From an uncultured virus (IMG/VR IMGVR_UViG_3300017528_000566) (Duplodnaviria; Heunggongvirae; Uroviricota; Caudoviricetes), in the IMG/VR virus record IMGVR_UViG_3300017528_000566: a stretch of 64,000 bases of DNA; one strand, written 5' to 3'. The notes under the pieces are model-generated. The model saw only the letters and a program-made list of their open reading frames with translations, searched no databases and was not told the origin of the DNA. Both the position numbers and the translations under genes were made by a program. Numbering within the stretch: the stretch's first letter is position 1; each line of letters begins with the position of its first letter. Shown here one piece after another: positions 38,886-47,570 of this stretch.

Positions 38886-39152
38886 TCAGTATTCCTCGGG
38901 GAGTATTACCGTCGTTGAGCTACGGTTTGCTTCTGTGATGACCCAGAACACTTGCGTGCCGTCTCTATAGACCGACATGAGCCTGGAGCCGTCCTTGACG
39001 GCACGTTCATTCACCTGGCGGTCATGGTGATCCACGTCGCCCCAATCACCTTGAGCGTGCCGGGCGATTGCGATGAATACCGCGTCGGTGCTGATTCGTT
39101 CCGCAACACCGCAAGTCGTGATTAGCGCACCAAGGGGAAACCGTTCCATCAT
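38886..39152 (-). CDS. conserved plasmid/phage-related small protein
   Basis: FPLG...RHAQGDWGD...RLMSVY...WVITEANRSSTTVILPEEY. Confidence 0.85.
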   Translation of the reverse strand: MMERFPLGALITTCGVAERISTDAVFIAIARHAQGDWGDVDHHDRQVNERAVKDGSRLMSVYRDGTQVFWVITEANRSSTTVILPEEY

Positions 39153-39186
39153 GCCCTTTATACAAGCTAGCTCCGGAGTTCTTCAA
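39153..39186 (-). promoter_or_regulatory. TTGAAG-N17-GTATAA-AGGGC-ATG promoter-like motif
   Basis: Reverse complement of 39153-39186; same geometry as other copies; could drive the 39152 gene and cas12m. Confidence 0.65.
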
Positions 39187-39781
39187 CGAGGCGGCGCTGG
39201 GAGCGCCGTCGCGTAAGCGCCAGCAGAGCCTTCTTGCGGTGCTTAGTGCAGTGCGCGTACGGCTCGTTCGTGTGTGGGTTGATCTCGCAGGACTTACCAC
39301 AGGTGATGCAACACCCCTCCGCACGCCAGCGGGCTTTGCACTCGGCGACCCGCCTCGCGACATTCGCTGGCGGTTCGTTTCGCGAGCCCGAGCGTTTGCG
39401 GCTTCGCGTGATGGTACGGCGTTTGGCGATCGGCAGAGCCGCCCACTGAGCGCGACCGAGCCCGAGGCAGTGGTCGCAGAGGGTCATGCCATCTTCTGGC
39501 ACGTCGCCGCATTTTGGGCAGAGTCCGTCTAGCCGCCTATTTTCCTGCAGTTCCGCGGCGCGATTCGAGAAGTAATCGAGGCACTGCTGGCACGATTTGC
39601 GGCGCGCCGCCCGCTTACGCCCGCATTTACACAGCTTCTGGCTGCGCCGATGAGCAACCCGAGCTCGCAGCTTTGCATTGATCTCGGAGCGGCAGGGGTC
39701 GCACCGCTTGAAGCCCTTCGGCTGGGGTCGAATGTTGCAGGCGGTGCACTTCGGTTTCTTCACGGGGGCGGTTTCTAGCAC
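39167..39781 (-). CDS. Cys/Arg-rich multi-zinc-finger protein
   Basis: About 8 CxxC-type pairs. Confidence 0.7.
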   Translation of the reverse strand: MLETAPVKKPKCTACNIRPQPKGFKRCDPCRSEINAKLRARVAHRRSQKLCKCGRKRAARRKSCQQCLDYFSNRAAELQENRRLDGLCPKCGDVPEDGMTLCDHCLGLGRAQWAALPIAKRRTITRSRKRSGSRNEPPANVARRVAECKARWRAEGCCITCGKSCEINPHTNEPYAHCTKHRKKALLALTRRRSQRRLVEELRS

Positions 39782-39796
39782 AACGCTCGAATGGCT

Positions 39797-39830
39797 TTGA
39801 AGATCGCCGTTTGTAGAGTGTATCTAGGGT
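39797..39830 (+). promoter_or_regulatory. TTGAAG-N17-GTATCT-AGGGT-ATG promoter-like motif
   Basis: Nearly identical layout at 40402-40435. Confidence 0.65.
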
Positions 39831-40097
39831 ATGAAACAACGGGACGTGAAAATCGGGCAAGTCTACCTCACCAAGATTACCCCACATGTAGACCTGCAAG
39901 AGGTTGTGGTTGTAGACCAGATCCAAGACTCTTTCAGCGGTCGCATCAGGTTCCGGATTCGGCGCAACCTCTCAGGGACGTCAGTGCTTCCCAAGTCGCG
40001 CGCAGCATCGGCCTTGCATGAGCTCCCCGTTTCCCCGCAGCCAGTGACGCTGGAGGCGAGTAGCGTGACAATGGTGGACTCCGAGACTCCCTGCTGA
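39831..40097 (+). CDS. small SH3-like hypothetical protein
   Basis: MKQRDVKIGQVYLTKI... Confidence 0.7.
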   Translation: MKQRDVKIGQVYLTKITPHVDLQEVVVVDQIQDSFSGRIRFRIRRNLSGTSVLPKSRAASALHELPVSPQPVTLEASSVTMVDSETPC

Positions 40098-40186
40098 AGA
40101 GATAGGCCGCAACTGGTTGGTTGCGGCCTTATCTTTTTGGTGCCCATGATTCGCCCTGTCGAGCTCTGTCGCTCTACGGGGGTGCG

Positions 40187-40405
40187 ATGGACAAGGTCGT
40201 CAAGGTCGGCGAGTTAAAGGGCGGTCAGTGGTTCCGCGAGGCCCACGGCGAGCATCCCTACCTCGTTATCTCTTTGTCCGCGGCTCGCTACCACGGGTTG
40301 CCCGAGGGTCGCGTATACAGCCTCTCCCTAGAGACCGGAACCATGGCGGCGTTCGACCCGGAAGCCGAAGTTGTCCTCGTCTCTTGGAAGCCCTCCGTTG
40401 CTTGA
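40187..40405 (+). CDS. small hypothetical protein
   Basis: ATG 40187 with GGGGG SD-like tract. Confidence 0.6.
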   Translation: MDKVVKVGELKGGQWFREAHGEHPYLVISLSAARYHGLPEGRVYSLSLETGTMAAFDPEAEVVLVSWKPSVA

Positions 40406-40435
40406 AGATTCGGCCAGCTCAAGTGTATCTAGGGC

Positions 40436-40654
40436 ATGAGCTACGCTGCCGAATACGACCGCTACCACGCAGGCCCTGATATCGACGACGGCCAACTGAT
40501 GCCGCTGCCAGAGGGCGCCGCAGATCGCCAACAGCTGTTGGCACAGTTTCGCGCCGACATGGAGCACTGTGAGGTCGAGACCTACACGATCGAACACTGG
40601 TGCGAAGACAACGCCTACGACGGTGATGTACTCGCCTGGCTGCAGGCGCAGTGA
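40436..40654 (+). CDS. small acidic hypothetical protein
   Basis: 72 aa behind TTGAAG/GTATCT motif. Confidence 0.7.
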   Translation: MSYAAEYDRYHAGPDIDDGQLMPLPEGAADRQQLLAQFRADMEHCEVETYTIEHWCEDNAYDGDVLAWLQAQ

Positions 40655-40699
40655 GGGGGAACAAGCGGCAGTCTAAGGGCTGCCGCTTTCGTTTTAAGT

Positions 40700-40942
40700 A
40701 TGAACAAGATCACTCCATTCCGCCTCCTGGTGCTGCGCCAGATGGTCGCTGAGAAGGGCGCGCTTCCCCCGGGGGGCTATCCCACGGCAGGTCGAGACGC
40801 GGCTCGTTGGTGGGGCGCCGTCCGCTGGCTGCGTGAGAACGGGTACTGTGCGCCGCACGTGAGTGGCGGCCGTTCGGTGCATGCGACTGACGCGGGTCGG
40901 GAACTGTCTCGCACCGCCGAGCTGCCTTTGGTAGAAAGCTGA
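40700..40942 (+). CDS. small winged-helix-like protein
   Basis: WLRENGYC...VHATDAGRE wing pattern. Confidence 0.6.
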   Translation: MNKITPFRLLVLRQMVAEKGALPPGGYPTAGRDAARWWGAVRWLRENGYCAPHVSGGRSVHATDAGRELSRTAELPLVES

Positions 40943-40950
40943 TCGACACA

Positions 40951-41202
40951 ATGCCTAGCACCCTCAACGACCAGTATTCCTTCTGCGAGCCGTCGCACGC
41001 CGGCCCCCTGGCGCGATGGTGCGTGAGACCACTCACCGAGAAGGGGCGCAAGCTTGGCGGCGGCGTGGACACTCCGAGCCTCTGTGGACGAGTGGACCCG
41101 GCTAAAGGCGGGGGGTGGGATCTTTCCGCTAAGTGTGAAGTGTCGGCCGATCACCCACACATGTGCCCTCGATGCCGGGAGAAGTTGCTGCAGGGCGCCT
41201 AG
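40951..41202 (+). CDS. small zinc-finger protein
   Basis: SLCG...MCPRC. Confidence 0.65.
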   Translation: MPSTLNDQYSFCEPSHAGPLARWCVRPLTEKGRKLGGGVDTPSLCGRVDPAKGGGWDLSAKCEVSADHPHMCPRCREKLLQGA

Positions 41203-41280
41203 CTTGAAGTCTCCCGGGTCCCGACTCGGTTGGCTTGAACTATTGGCTCGCCCAACCGTATCTAGCCTGGAGGAGTTCCT

Positions 41281-41556
41281 GTGTACCAAATCGCCTGTTT
41301 GAAGTTCTTCAGCAACGACAGCCGCATGTGTGATCGGACGGGTAGCTTATTTCCGCGGACCTACGATTCGCTGCAATCCGCGGCAGCGGCGGTCGCGGAG
41401 GCACTCGGCTGGGCAGAGTACACCATCGGGTCCTTGGAAGTTACCGACCAAGAGACGTGCTCTGTGTTCCCGAGCGGCGCTGATCCCGGCAGCTTCCTTG
41501 TTCCGACGCCGCAAGTGCGGCTTACGGTCAACAAGGTTAGCTCTTGCGAGATCTAG
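41281..41556 (+). CDS. hypothetical protein
   Basis: GGAGGAG SD; TTGAAC-N17-GTATCT at 41235. Confidence 0.65.
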   Translation: MYQIACLKFFSNDSRMCDRTGSLFPRTYDSLQSAAAAVAEALGWAEYTIGSLEVTDQETCSVFPSGADPGSFLVPTPQVRLTVNKVSSCEI

Positions 41557-41616
41557 AAGAGTGGACCCGCCTCAAGCGCTGGTGCGAGCACCAAAGCGAG
41601 GCGGGTCCGATTTTAA

Positions 41617-41865
41617 TTAGCCGCCGATGATGCCGCGCATGGGCGGATCCGTCGCGAACCCAGTCGTACCCGGGAACGACGACCGCAGACACGCTGCGGG
41701 AAAGTCGCCGGACACGACGATACCATTGACAATCCACACACACTGGATAAGGCCGACCTCACCTTCGACGGTCGATACCCCAATTCCGCGGATCGTCATC
41801 TCTGGCGAGCCCGACTTGAGATAACACAACCCGCCAACCACAATATCTACAGTAGGTAACGACAT
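41617..41865 (-). CDS. YodC/DUF2158-family protein
   Basis: LKSGSPEMTI...QCVW...GDFP; SD GGAGG. Confidence 0.8.
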   Translation of the reverse strand: MSLPTVDIVVGGLCYLKSGSPEMTIRGIGVSTVEGEVGLIQCVWIVNGIVVSGDFPAACLRSSFPGTTGFATDPPMRGIIGG

Positions 41866-41898
41866 AGGACCTCCATACCTAGAATCTGATAAGAAGAT

Positions 41899-42153
41899 TC
41901 AACGCCGCTCGATGCCGCGGGTTGGCGGATGCGGCAGGAACCCTGGGCCTGAAGGCCTCAGTGTCAGAGTGTTGTGGAGAAAGTCTCCGGATTGCACCCA
42001 ACCATTTACAATCCAGACGCAGTGAACCAATGGGTTTAGGCCCTCTATCACCTCGGCTTCACCAACACCGCGTACGGTCATCGCCGGTGAACCCGACTTC
42101 AGGTACACAATCTGACCGACAACGAATTCTGTAGAATCAACAGGAATAGTCAT
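41899..42153 (-). CDS. YodC/DUF2158-family protein, tandem paralog
   Basis: VGQIVYLKSGSPAMTV...HCVW...GDF; identical GGAGGTCCTATG leader. Confidence 0.8.
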   Translation of the reverse strand: MTIPVDSTEFVVGQIVYLKSGSPAMTVRGVGEAEVIEGLNPLVHCVWIVNGWVQSGDFLHNTLTLRPSGPGFLPHPPTRGIERR

Positions 42154-42231
42154 AGGACCTCCATTAGGCAGAGATCCACAAAAGGATTGCCGCGTCGGGC
42201 TGCAGCACCTTGCGTAGGTGTAGGAGGCGAG

Positions 42232-42921
42232 ATGAACTTGCTACGTCTATTACGAGACTGGGCTCGTCTTCCTTCCCCGGTTGACTTAGGGTGGTCAGAA
42301 ACCGACGGACTAGGATTGCGCCAGTTCACGCCTTATCAAGAAGGTAGGACTTGGGAAGATTGGGACGACTACGTGCGGGCCGAGTATCCGGGTCGATACT
42401 TTCTCGTTGAGAGGGTGCCGCGATGGTTCCGGCGTTGGTTTGTGTGGCCGTTGAGGCACTTCCGTGATCTGGTGCTTGATCACGTGCTTCCGAGCCGCCG
42501 CTATCATCGCCTGGACCTGCGTGGCATCGATTCCCTGTCTGCCTACCGCCACGGTTACCTCGACCCTAGTGAGGTGTTCTGGCTCGCCGGCTGGGCGTCT
42601 TTGATGCGCTGGCATGGCGAGAATCGCAAGCGCCGCGAGAGAAGCCAGGCGAAAGGAGAGCTCGAACCTGAATCGACGCACTCTCAGCAGTATTACGAAG
42701 CTCTAGATTTGGTCCGCTATTGGACCGTTGTTCGTATGGAGCGTGAGAAACACTGCGACACGCTTCGAGCGGCTGTAGATGCAATTCTACCTACGTTGGC
42801 CAACCGTGATAGCTACGAAGCCGCTCAAGACGCCTGGCTCCACCATTTTCGGGAGAGCCAGGACCTCGAGCAAAAGATGTGGTTGCGCTTAGCGGCGCTT
42901 CGGACGTTCCTTTGGACCTAG
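42232..42921 (+). CDS. hypothetical protein, phage-type
   Basis: ATG 42232 after GGTGTA/GGAGG; ends LAALRTFLWT. Confidence 0.75.
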   Translation: MNLLRLLRDWARLPSPVDLGWSETDGLGLRQFTPYQEGRTWEDWDDYVRAEYPGRYFLVERVPRWFRRWFVWPLRHFRDLVLDHVLPSRRYHRLDLRGIDSLSAYRHGYLDPSEVFWLAGWASLMRWHGENRKRRERSQAKGELEPESTHSQQYYEALDLVRYWTVVRMEREKHCDTLRAAVDAILPTLANRDSYEAAQDAWLHHFRESQDLEQKMWLRLAALRTFLWT

Positions 42922-43161
42922 TGTGGACAGACCTGGAGCTCGTTCTCGGATCACACGTTCCACTATTTCCCGAGCTCTCTCTGGGGTAACCGCGGGGTAA
43001 ATGGTCGCCGCCTGTGCGAGGACACCGTCGATGATGGCCAGGCCCAATTTGACCATCTCTTCATCGGGTTCGTGCGCGCCTGTACTTGGAGGCTCCGGAG
43101 AAGCCGGCCGCGGTCGTTTAGCGGCACCCGCTTTCGACTTCTTGTTTACTGGCTTGCTCAT
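42889..43161 (-). CDS. small basic hypothetical protein
   Basis: ATG 43161. Confidence 0.5.
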   Translation of the reverse strand: MSKPVNKKSKAGAAKRPRPASPEPPSTGAHEPDEEMVKLGLAIIDGVLAQAATIYPAVTPERAREIVERVIRERAPGLSTLGPKERPKRR

Positions 43162-43441
43162 CCTGATCCACCCGTTTATCGTTTCTTGTGCCTTCTTACA
43201 CCCCAGCCCAACTTCTTCAAGAAACTCTCGCGGCACCTCTTGCCTATTGTAGCTGTAAAGAGGCGCTTTTAGCTCGATGTTGGGCTTTGCTTGAGACCGC
43301 AGGCGTCTGTGACGAGGCCTTCTATGAACGTCATCTCCGGCTCAAAGGCGCCGGGAACAACCTCGATCAAGCCTTGGTCCGCTACGATCAGACGTGGGCC
43401 GAGCAAGTGATCCACGATGCGCTTCGGTTGCTATCGCAACC

Positions 43442-43738
43442 CTAGCTTTCGGCCCCGCCCTTCTTTACCCACTTCGTGCCCCAGAGGCGTTCCTGCTCCA
43501 GGCGACTCTTGCGCATCTCCGGAGACTCGGGGGTCAACGCCGCGCCCGAGACCTCGTATCGGTCATTCGAAAACGAAGCCTCCACGCGCCACATGTCTGG
43601 GTCGTCATGGCCCTCGATCGCGTCGATCACGCGCACGTGAGTCTCGACGACTTTGCGCTCTGGTCGAGTCCACTGCACGCGAGCTATGTAGTAGTCGCCG
43701 ACCACGATTGGGGACTTTGAAGCCGAAGTCATCATCAC
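43442..43738 (-). CDS. hypothetical protein
   Basis: 98 aa, coupled to upstream stop. Confidence 0.6.
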   Translation of the reverse strand: MMMTSASKSPIVVGDYYIARVQWTRPERKVVETHVRVIDAIEGHDDPDMWRVEASFSNDRYEVSGAALTPESPEMRKSRLEQERLWGTKWVKKGGAES

Positions 43739-44076
43739 TCCTCTACTTCCGGAAATGTGTCTTCGATCGACTCGTGCTGTGGCCCGTCGAGCTCGTAGTC
43801 AGCGGAGATGCGCCCCTTGAAGACGGCGAACCGCAACATCAGGTTGTTCCCAGGCCCAAGCTGGTTATCTAGCCAGCCAACGCAGGGCACCTCCTTACCG
43901 ACCATGCTCTCATGGCAGGCCATGATCCTCATCTCGCCGACGAACCGCGGCTCACCGGGCCGCGCGATCGTATTCGTGAGATTGCGATGCTGGTCCGGGC
44001 AGTACCCGTTCGGAATGTCGTACGGGTCAGTGGTGACTTTCCACGGACACTTTGCGCATTGTCGACGTTTCGCCAC
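43735..44076 (-). CDS. Cys/His metal-binding protein (DUF6283-like)
   Basis: CAKCPW...MACHES...CVGWL. Confidence 0.7.
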   Translation of the reverse strand: MAKRRQCAKCPWKVTTDPYDIPNGYCPDQHRNLTNTIARPGEPRFVGEMRIMACHESMVGKEVPCVGWLDNQLGPGNNLMLRFAVFKGRISADYELDGPQHESIEDTFPEVEE

Positions 44077-44129
44077 GCCGCCTAAACTAGCACAGATGGG
44101 GTGGCCTAGTTAGGCCTTTGGCGGCGCGC

Positions 44130-44492
44130 CTATCCCTGCTGTGAGCTGACACTTGCCACGATCTTGGCAGCCTCATCTGTGCCGATGCGTAAGATCAGCC
44201 TGACGAACTCCTGCCTAAGATCGGGTGCGGTAGAGCTGTGCCCATTGCTCGGCGGTCGCCCTGGCCCACGTCGATTCACCGTGGCGGGTTGCTGGACCTG
44301 CTCCACCAGCACCACCTCCGTCGTCGGGGTCGACACCGCCGCCTTCTTAGCGGTTGAGCGTGCAGTGTAGACCTGAGCAGCGGTGAGCTCGATCCCCTCT
44401 TTACGGCCTTTGAGTACGAGCTCTTGAGCCGAAATTGTCAGGGGTTGCGAGCGTATCCACTTCGACTTATTCACACGTTTTGGACTATTCAC
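44130..44492 (-). CDS. putative nucleoid/DNA-binding protein with AT-hook-like RRGPGRPP
   Basis: NKSKWIRSQP...AQELV...GIELTAAQVYTARS; start probably GTG 44492. Confidence 0.65.
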   Translation of the reverse strand: MNSPKRVNKSKWIRSQPLTISAQELVLKGRKEGIELTAAQVYTARSTAKKAAVSTPTTEVVLVEQVQQPATVNRRGPGRPPSNGHSSTAPDLRQEFVRLILRIGTDEAAKIVASVSSQQG

Positions 44493-44636
44493 GCGCGCAT
44501 GGCAGCACATGAACGGTGTCGGGTCAAGTGTCCAATCCCTCTCATGTGGTATATTCAACCACGAAGGTGGTTCTCTACCTCTACTCGATTGGTTTGAAGT
44601 CCTGGCATCTGCCGGCGTGTATGTACTCGGGAGCGT

Positions 44637-45080
44637 ATGCAGCAATACCGAATCGAATGGCCGAATGACGTCCGCGCAGAGATGGTCAAGGACCAACGGT
44701 TTCCCACGAAGGAGGCCGCGCTCAAGCGATGCCAAGATCTTTGGGGTGGTTGTTTTGACCTCTGGCTCAAGGCCGACCAAGAGCCTGGTCACTATTACTG
44801 TGCGCCTCTGCATTTCACCGAACCGGGCCGCTCCAGCCCGCGGGTTGTCCCGGCCTCGCAGTATGAAGTTCGCTACATGGCCGGCAACTGCAGCAGCGGC
44901 GGCGCTCGCACCGGGACTAAATGGCACGTCCTCTCGACTCCTATTCACGGCGGCGGCCATCGGCCTAGGTCGCTCTGCGGCAAGACCCCGAGCATCCAGT
45001 GGAGCGATACGCGTGAAGGACAGCCAGCTACATGTCCTGCTTGTCTCAAACGGCTCCAGACGACAAACTCGGTTCCATGA
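44637..45080 (+). CDS. hypothetical protein with C-terminal zinc finger
   Basis: KWHV...SLCG...ATCPAC. Confidence 0.65.
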   Translation: MQQYRIEWPNDVRAEMVKDQRFPTKEAALKRCQDLWGGCFDLWLKADQEPGHYYCAPLHFTEPGRSSPRVVPASQYEVRYMAGNCSSGGARTGTKWHVLSTPIHGGGHRPRSLCGKTPSIQWSDTREGQPATCPACLKRLQTTNSVP

Positions 45081-45343
45081 CCGTCAAGTTCACTGCAGAG
45101 GATCTGGAGTTCTTCAAGGACAGCAGAACCCTTTGGATCAACGGTCCGGATGGGCTGATCGCGCGCTTTGGTGCCCTCGGGATCGACATCCACCTCGACG
45201 GCAGTTGCTCCGGTGGCTTTTGCACACATTCGCTGACCACGAATCAAGATTGGGAGCTCTTCAAGGAGAAGATGCTTGAGATCTACCAGTTAGTTGTCAC
45301 TGACGAGCATAAGCCAGACCGTTTGATTCTTGACAATTCATAG
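45077..45343 (+). CDS. hypothetical protein
   Basis: ATGA-coupled; LWING...ARFG..GIDIH. Confidence 0.65.
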   Translation: MTVKFTAEDLEFFKDSRTLWINGPDGLIARFGALGIDIHLDGSCSGGFCTHSLTTNQDWELFKEKMLEIYQLVVTDEHKPDRLILDNS

Positions 45344-45491
45344 AGCGCTGCTGCCAAACCGCTTTTCGCTCTATCCAGACTTCTGGTAGGCTTCTGTACG
45401 ATCTAAGCCCGGCGGCGCTCGATTCTGAGCGCCTCTCTGGCCACCCCATTTATGAGGGACGCTGCGCCACAAGCGCAGCCGTCATCATCCC

Positions 45492-45788
45492 ATGCAAATC
45501 ACGCTCTGGGGGTGCCTGTGCTGGTGCGTGCTAAGTGCCTGTGTCGGCTTCGTATTCGGGCGCTTGTGGATCGACATCAAGCGCTTTGCCATGGCTGTAC
45601 AGGACCCCAGTAGGAAGGCATGCCAAGTCTTTTGTCCCTGCTGTCTAGTTGACCTCGCGTCAGGGCCGTCCGTTTGTTGGGATGGCCGTGACGGCTTAGT
45701 TTACTACACTTGCGAGTGCGGCGTTAAAAGCAGGTGGGACTTCGACTCGCCGGTGCCGGTGCTTGTCGACGTCTCTCGTTCCGTCTGA
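45492..45788 (+). CDS. TM + zinc-finger small protein
   Basis: N-terminal TM; CPCC...CECG...SRWDFDSPVP. Confidence 0.65.
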   Translation: MQITLWGCLCWCVLSACVGFVFGRLWIDIKRFAMAVQDPSRKACQVFCPCCLVDLASGPSVCWDGRDGLVYYTCECGVKSRWDFDSPVPVLVDVSRSV

Positions 45789-45804
45789 ACTCAAGGGGAC
45801 TTTG

Positions 45805-46113
45805 ATGCAGAAAACAATCGAGATTGGAGCGTGCTTCTTTTCTTGGGGAGCCGAGCTCCAGCAGGATGATCAGGCCTTCTACGGTGTTGCCATCCACTTC
45901 GGACCATTCCGGTGGGCCTTTCTGGGCATCGGCATTGACAGTCATGAACAACCCCACAGAGATGAGCGGCAGAGGCTATTGCGGATTTTTGGTGACCTCG
46001 AGACGCTCTTGTGGGCTCGCTCGTCTGAGGGTTCGATCGCAACTGCGGCCGTTCGTGAGGTGCTCGAACGCACCAATGGCCCCCGCCGTTGGGATCAAGT
46101 CGACGTTGGCTAG
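45805..46113 (+). CDS. hypothetical protein
   Basis: AAGGGG SD before ATG 45805. Confidence 0.55.
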   Translation: MQKTIEIGACFFSWGAELQQDDQAFYGVAIHFGPFRWAFLGIGIDSHEQPHRDERQRLLRIFGDLETLLWARSSEGSIATAAVREVLERTNGPRRWDQVDVG

Positions 46114-46354
46114 CGACTGACGTTTGCAGGGGTCGTTTGAACTCTAGGCTCTGTGGAACGTCTCTCGGTTATGGGGTCCAGAGCGAAAGTCCTTGCCGCG
46201 AGAACGTTCGCCGCCGCTCATAGGCCCATGCCTTTCGCTGCCTATCTCCGGGTGTGCTATTTGATGCGAGTGTTGTTTACATAGGACACTCGGAGCTTCT
46301 CGCCGCCTCCGGAAACCTGCTGCAGCGCTAGACAGCTCATGTTAACGTCGCGCG

Positions 46355-46699
46355 ATGCCCAACCAGTCTATTGTAAGAATGATCATTGGTGAGGTAGCGG
46401 AACGGGAACGGAATCGGCGCCTAGATGCCCTCGCAGAGGCCTCCATCAAGGCACTTGAGACCGTAGAACGTGAAATGGCGGCGGCCGTTGTCACGCACCC
46501 TATTCCGCTTCGCCTCTCGCGTGCCACGCTAGAATCTGCACTACCTCACGCGAGCCATGAGCTCGATTTGCGGCTCATCAAGCTCCAGCTTCGGCTACTT
46601 GACCAGGGGAAGGCGAAGCCCTCGGGTAGCAACCTGGATTTTGAGATCTTCCGCGAGATCTTGGCGCAGCACAGTATCGACATCGGAATTGGGCCGTAA
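46355..46699 (+). CDS. hypothetical protein
   Basis: 114-aa ATG ORF. Confidence 0.55.
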   Translation: MPNQSIVRMIIGEVAERERNRRLDALAEASIKALETVEREMAAAVVTHPIPLRLSRATLESALPHASHELDLRLIKLQLRLLDQGKAKPSGSNLDFEIFREILAQHSIDIGIGP

Positions 46700-46727
46700 A
46701 GCAAATGTTGCTCATGGTGAACCCAAG

Positions 46728-47183
46728 ATGACCAGCCTTTCAGCTAGCGGCGCGCTCGACACATTGGGACGTCCGCCTCAGCGATCGGTAGATCGTGCGA
46801 TCGCCGTTCATGAATGCGGGCACGCCGTCGTAGGGCTTCTTCGGAAGTTGCTCATCATCAACGTTGTCTTAGGTGACAACATCGGAGGGACGATCGTGCA
46901 GGGACACGGCGAAATCCCTACAGGGCTGCTGCAAATGCTCTACGCCGGTTATTGCGCCGAAGTCGAGTTCGGGATCGACCCAGCAGCGGCCCGGCGCAGC
47001 TCGCGATCCGACATAGAGACAGCCAGCCTTCTGTTCCCTAGTCACAGTCCTTCAATCGAGGTGGCCAAGACCCGCTCGATTGTGCACTACCATAGAGACG
47101 TGATTCATCGAGCCTCACAAGAGCTTCTGACTGCGCGAAAACTCGGTCGCGACACGATCTTGAAGTTGCTCGAAGACGCTTGA
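46728..47183 (+). CDS. stand-alone FtsH/peptidase M41-like domain
   Basis: IAVHECGHAVV...LYAGYCAE...SDIETA. Confidence 0.75.
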   Translation: MTSLSASGALDTLGRPPQRSVDRAIAVHECGHAVVGLLRKLLIINVVLGDNIGGTIVQGHGEIPTGLLQMLYAGYCAEVEFGIDPAAARRSSRSDIETASLLFPSHSPSIEVAKTRSIVHYHRDVIHRASQELLTARKLGRDTILKLLEDA

Positions 47184-47188
47184 GCGCA

Positions 47189-47455
47189 TCAGCGGGGCCA
47201 TTTGTCGGGCTTCAACTTCAATCGTACAAGGTGCGTCTGTTTGAACTCGTCAGATAGCTTGGCGACCCGAACGGCGATGGTCCCCGTGTCATCACGTTGG
47301 ATCACGCAGTGGAGCTCGAGCTCGATCGCCTCTACCGATGCCTCTCCGGTGGGGGTTTTCCCATTCGTCGGCTTCAGCTCTTGGCGAACAGCATCGAGCA
47401 CCTCTGATAAACTCAGAGTCTGCGTTCTAATTGCTTCCGTGAGACGCGCCGACAT
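47189..47455 (-). CDS. Trypco2-like small protein
   Basis: LSEVLDAVRQEL...VEAIELELHCVI...THLVRLKLKP. Confidence 0.6.
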   Translation of the reverse strand: MSARLTEAIRTQTLSLSEVLDAVRQELKPTNGKTPTGEASVEAIELELHCVIQRDDTGTIAVRVAKLSDEFKQTHLVRLKLKPDKWPR

Positions 47456-47528
47456 GGTGCGGAGCGTACAGCACGGCCCTGTAAAACGAAAGGGCCAGCT
47501 TTCGCCGGCCCTTTCCACACGGAGGACA

Positions 47529-47569
47529 CTAGGGGGTGGCGCTGCGGGACGTTCAGCGCAACCCCCTAG
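47529..47569 (-). terminator. strong stem-loop directly after the AAA ATPase stop
   Basis: CTAGGGGGTGGCGCTG-N9-CAGCGCAACCCCCTAG; no U-tract. Confidence 0.5.
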
Positions 47570-47570
47570 G

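Noticed and set aside
44509..45279. 256-aa plus-strand ORF and the long 5' part of ORF 44130-44960
   Set aside because: Both overlap better-supported ORFs (44637-45080, 45077-45343) and lack motifs
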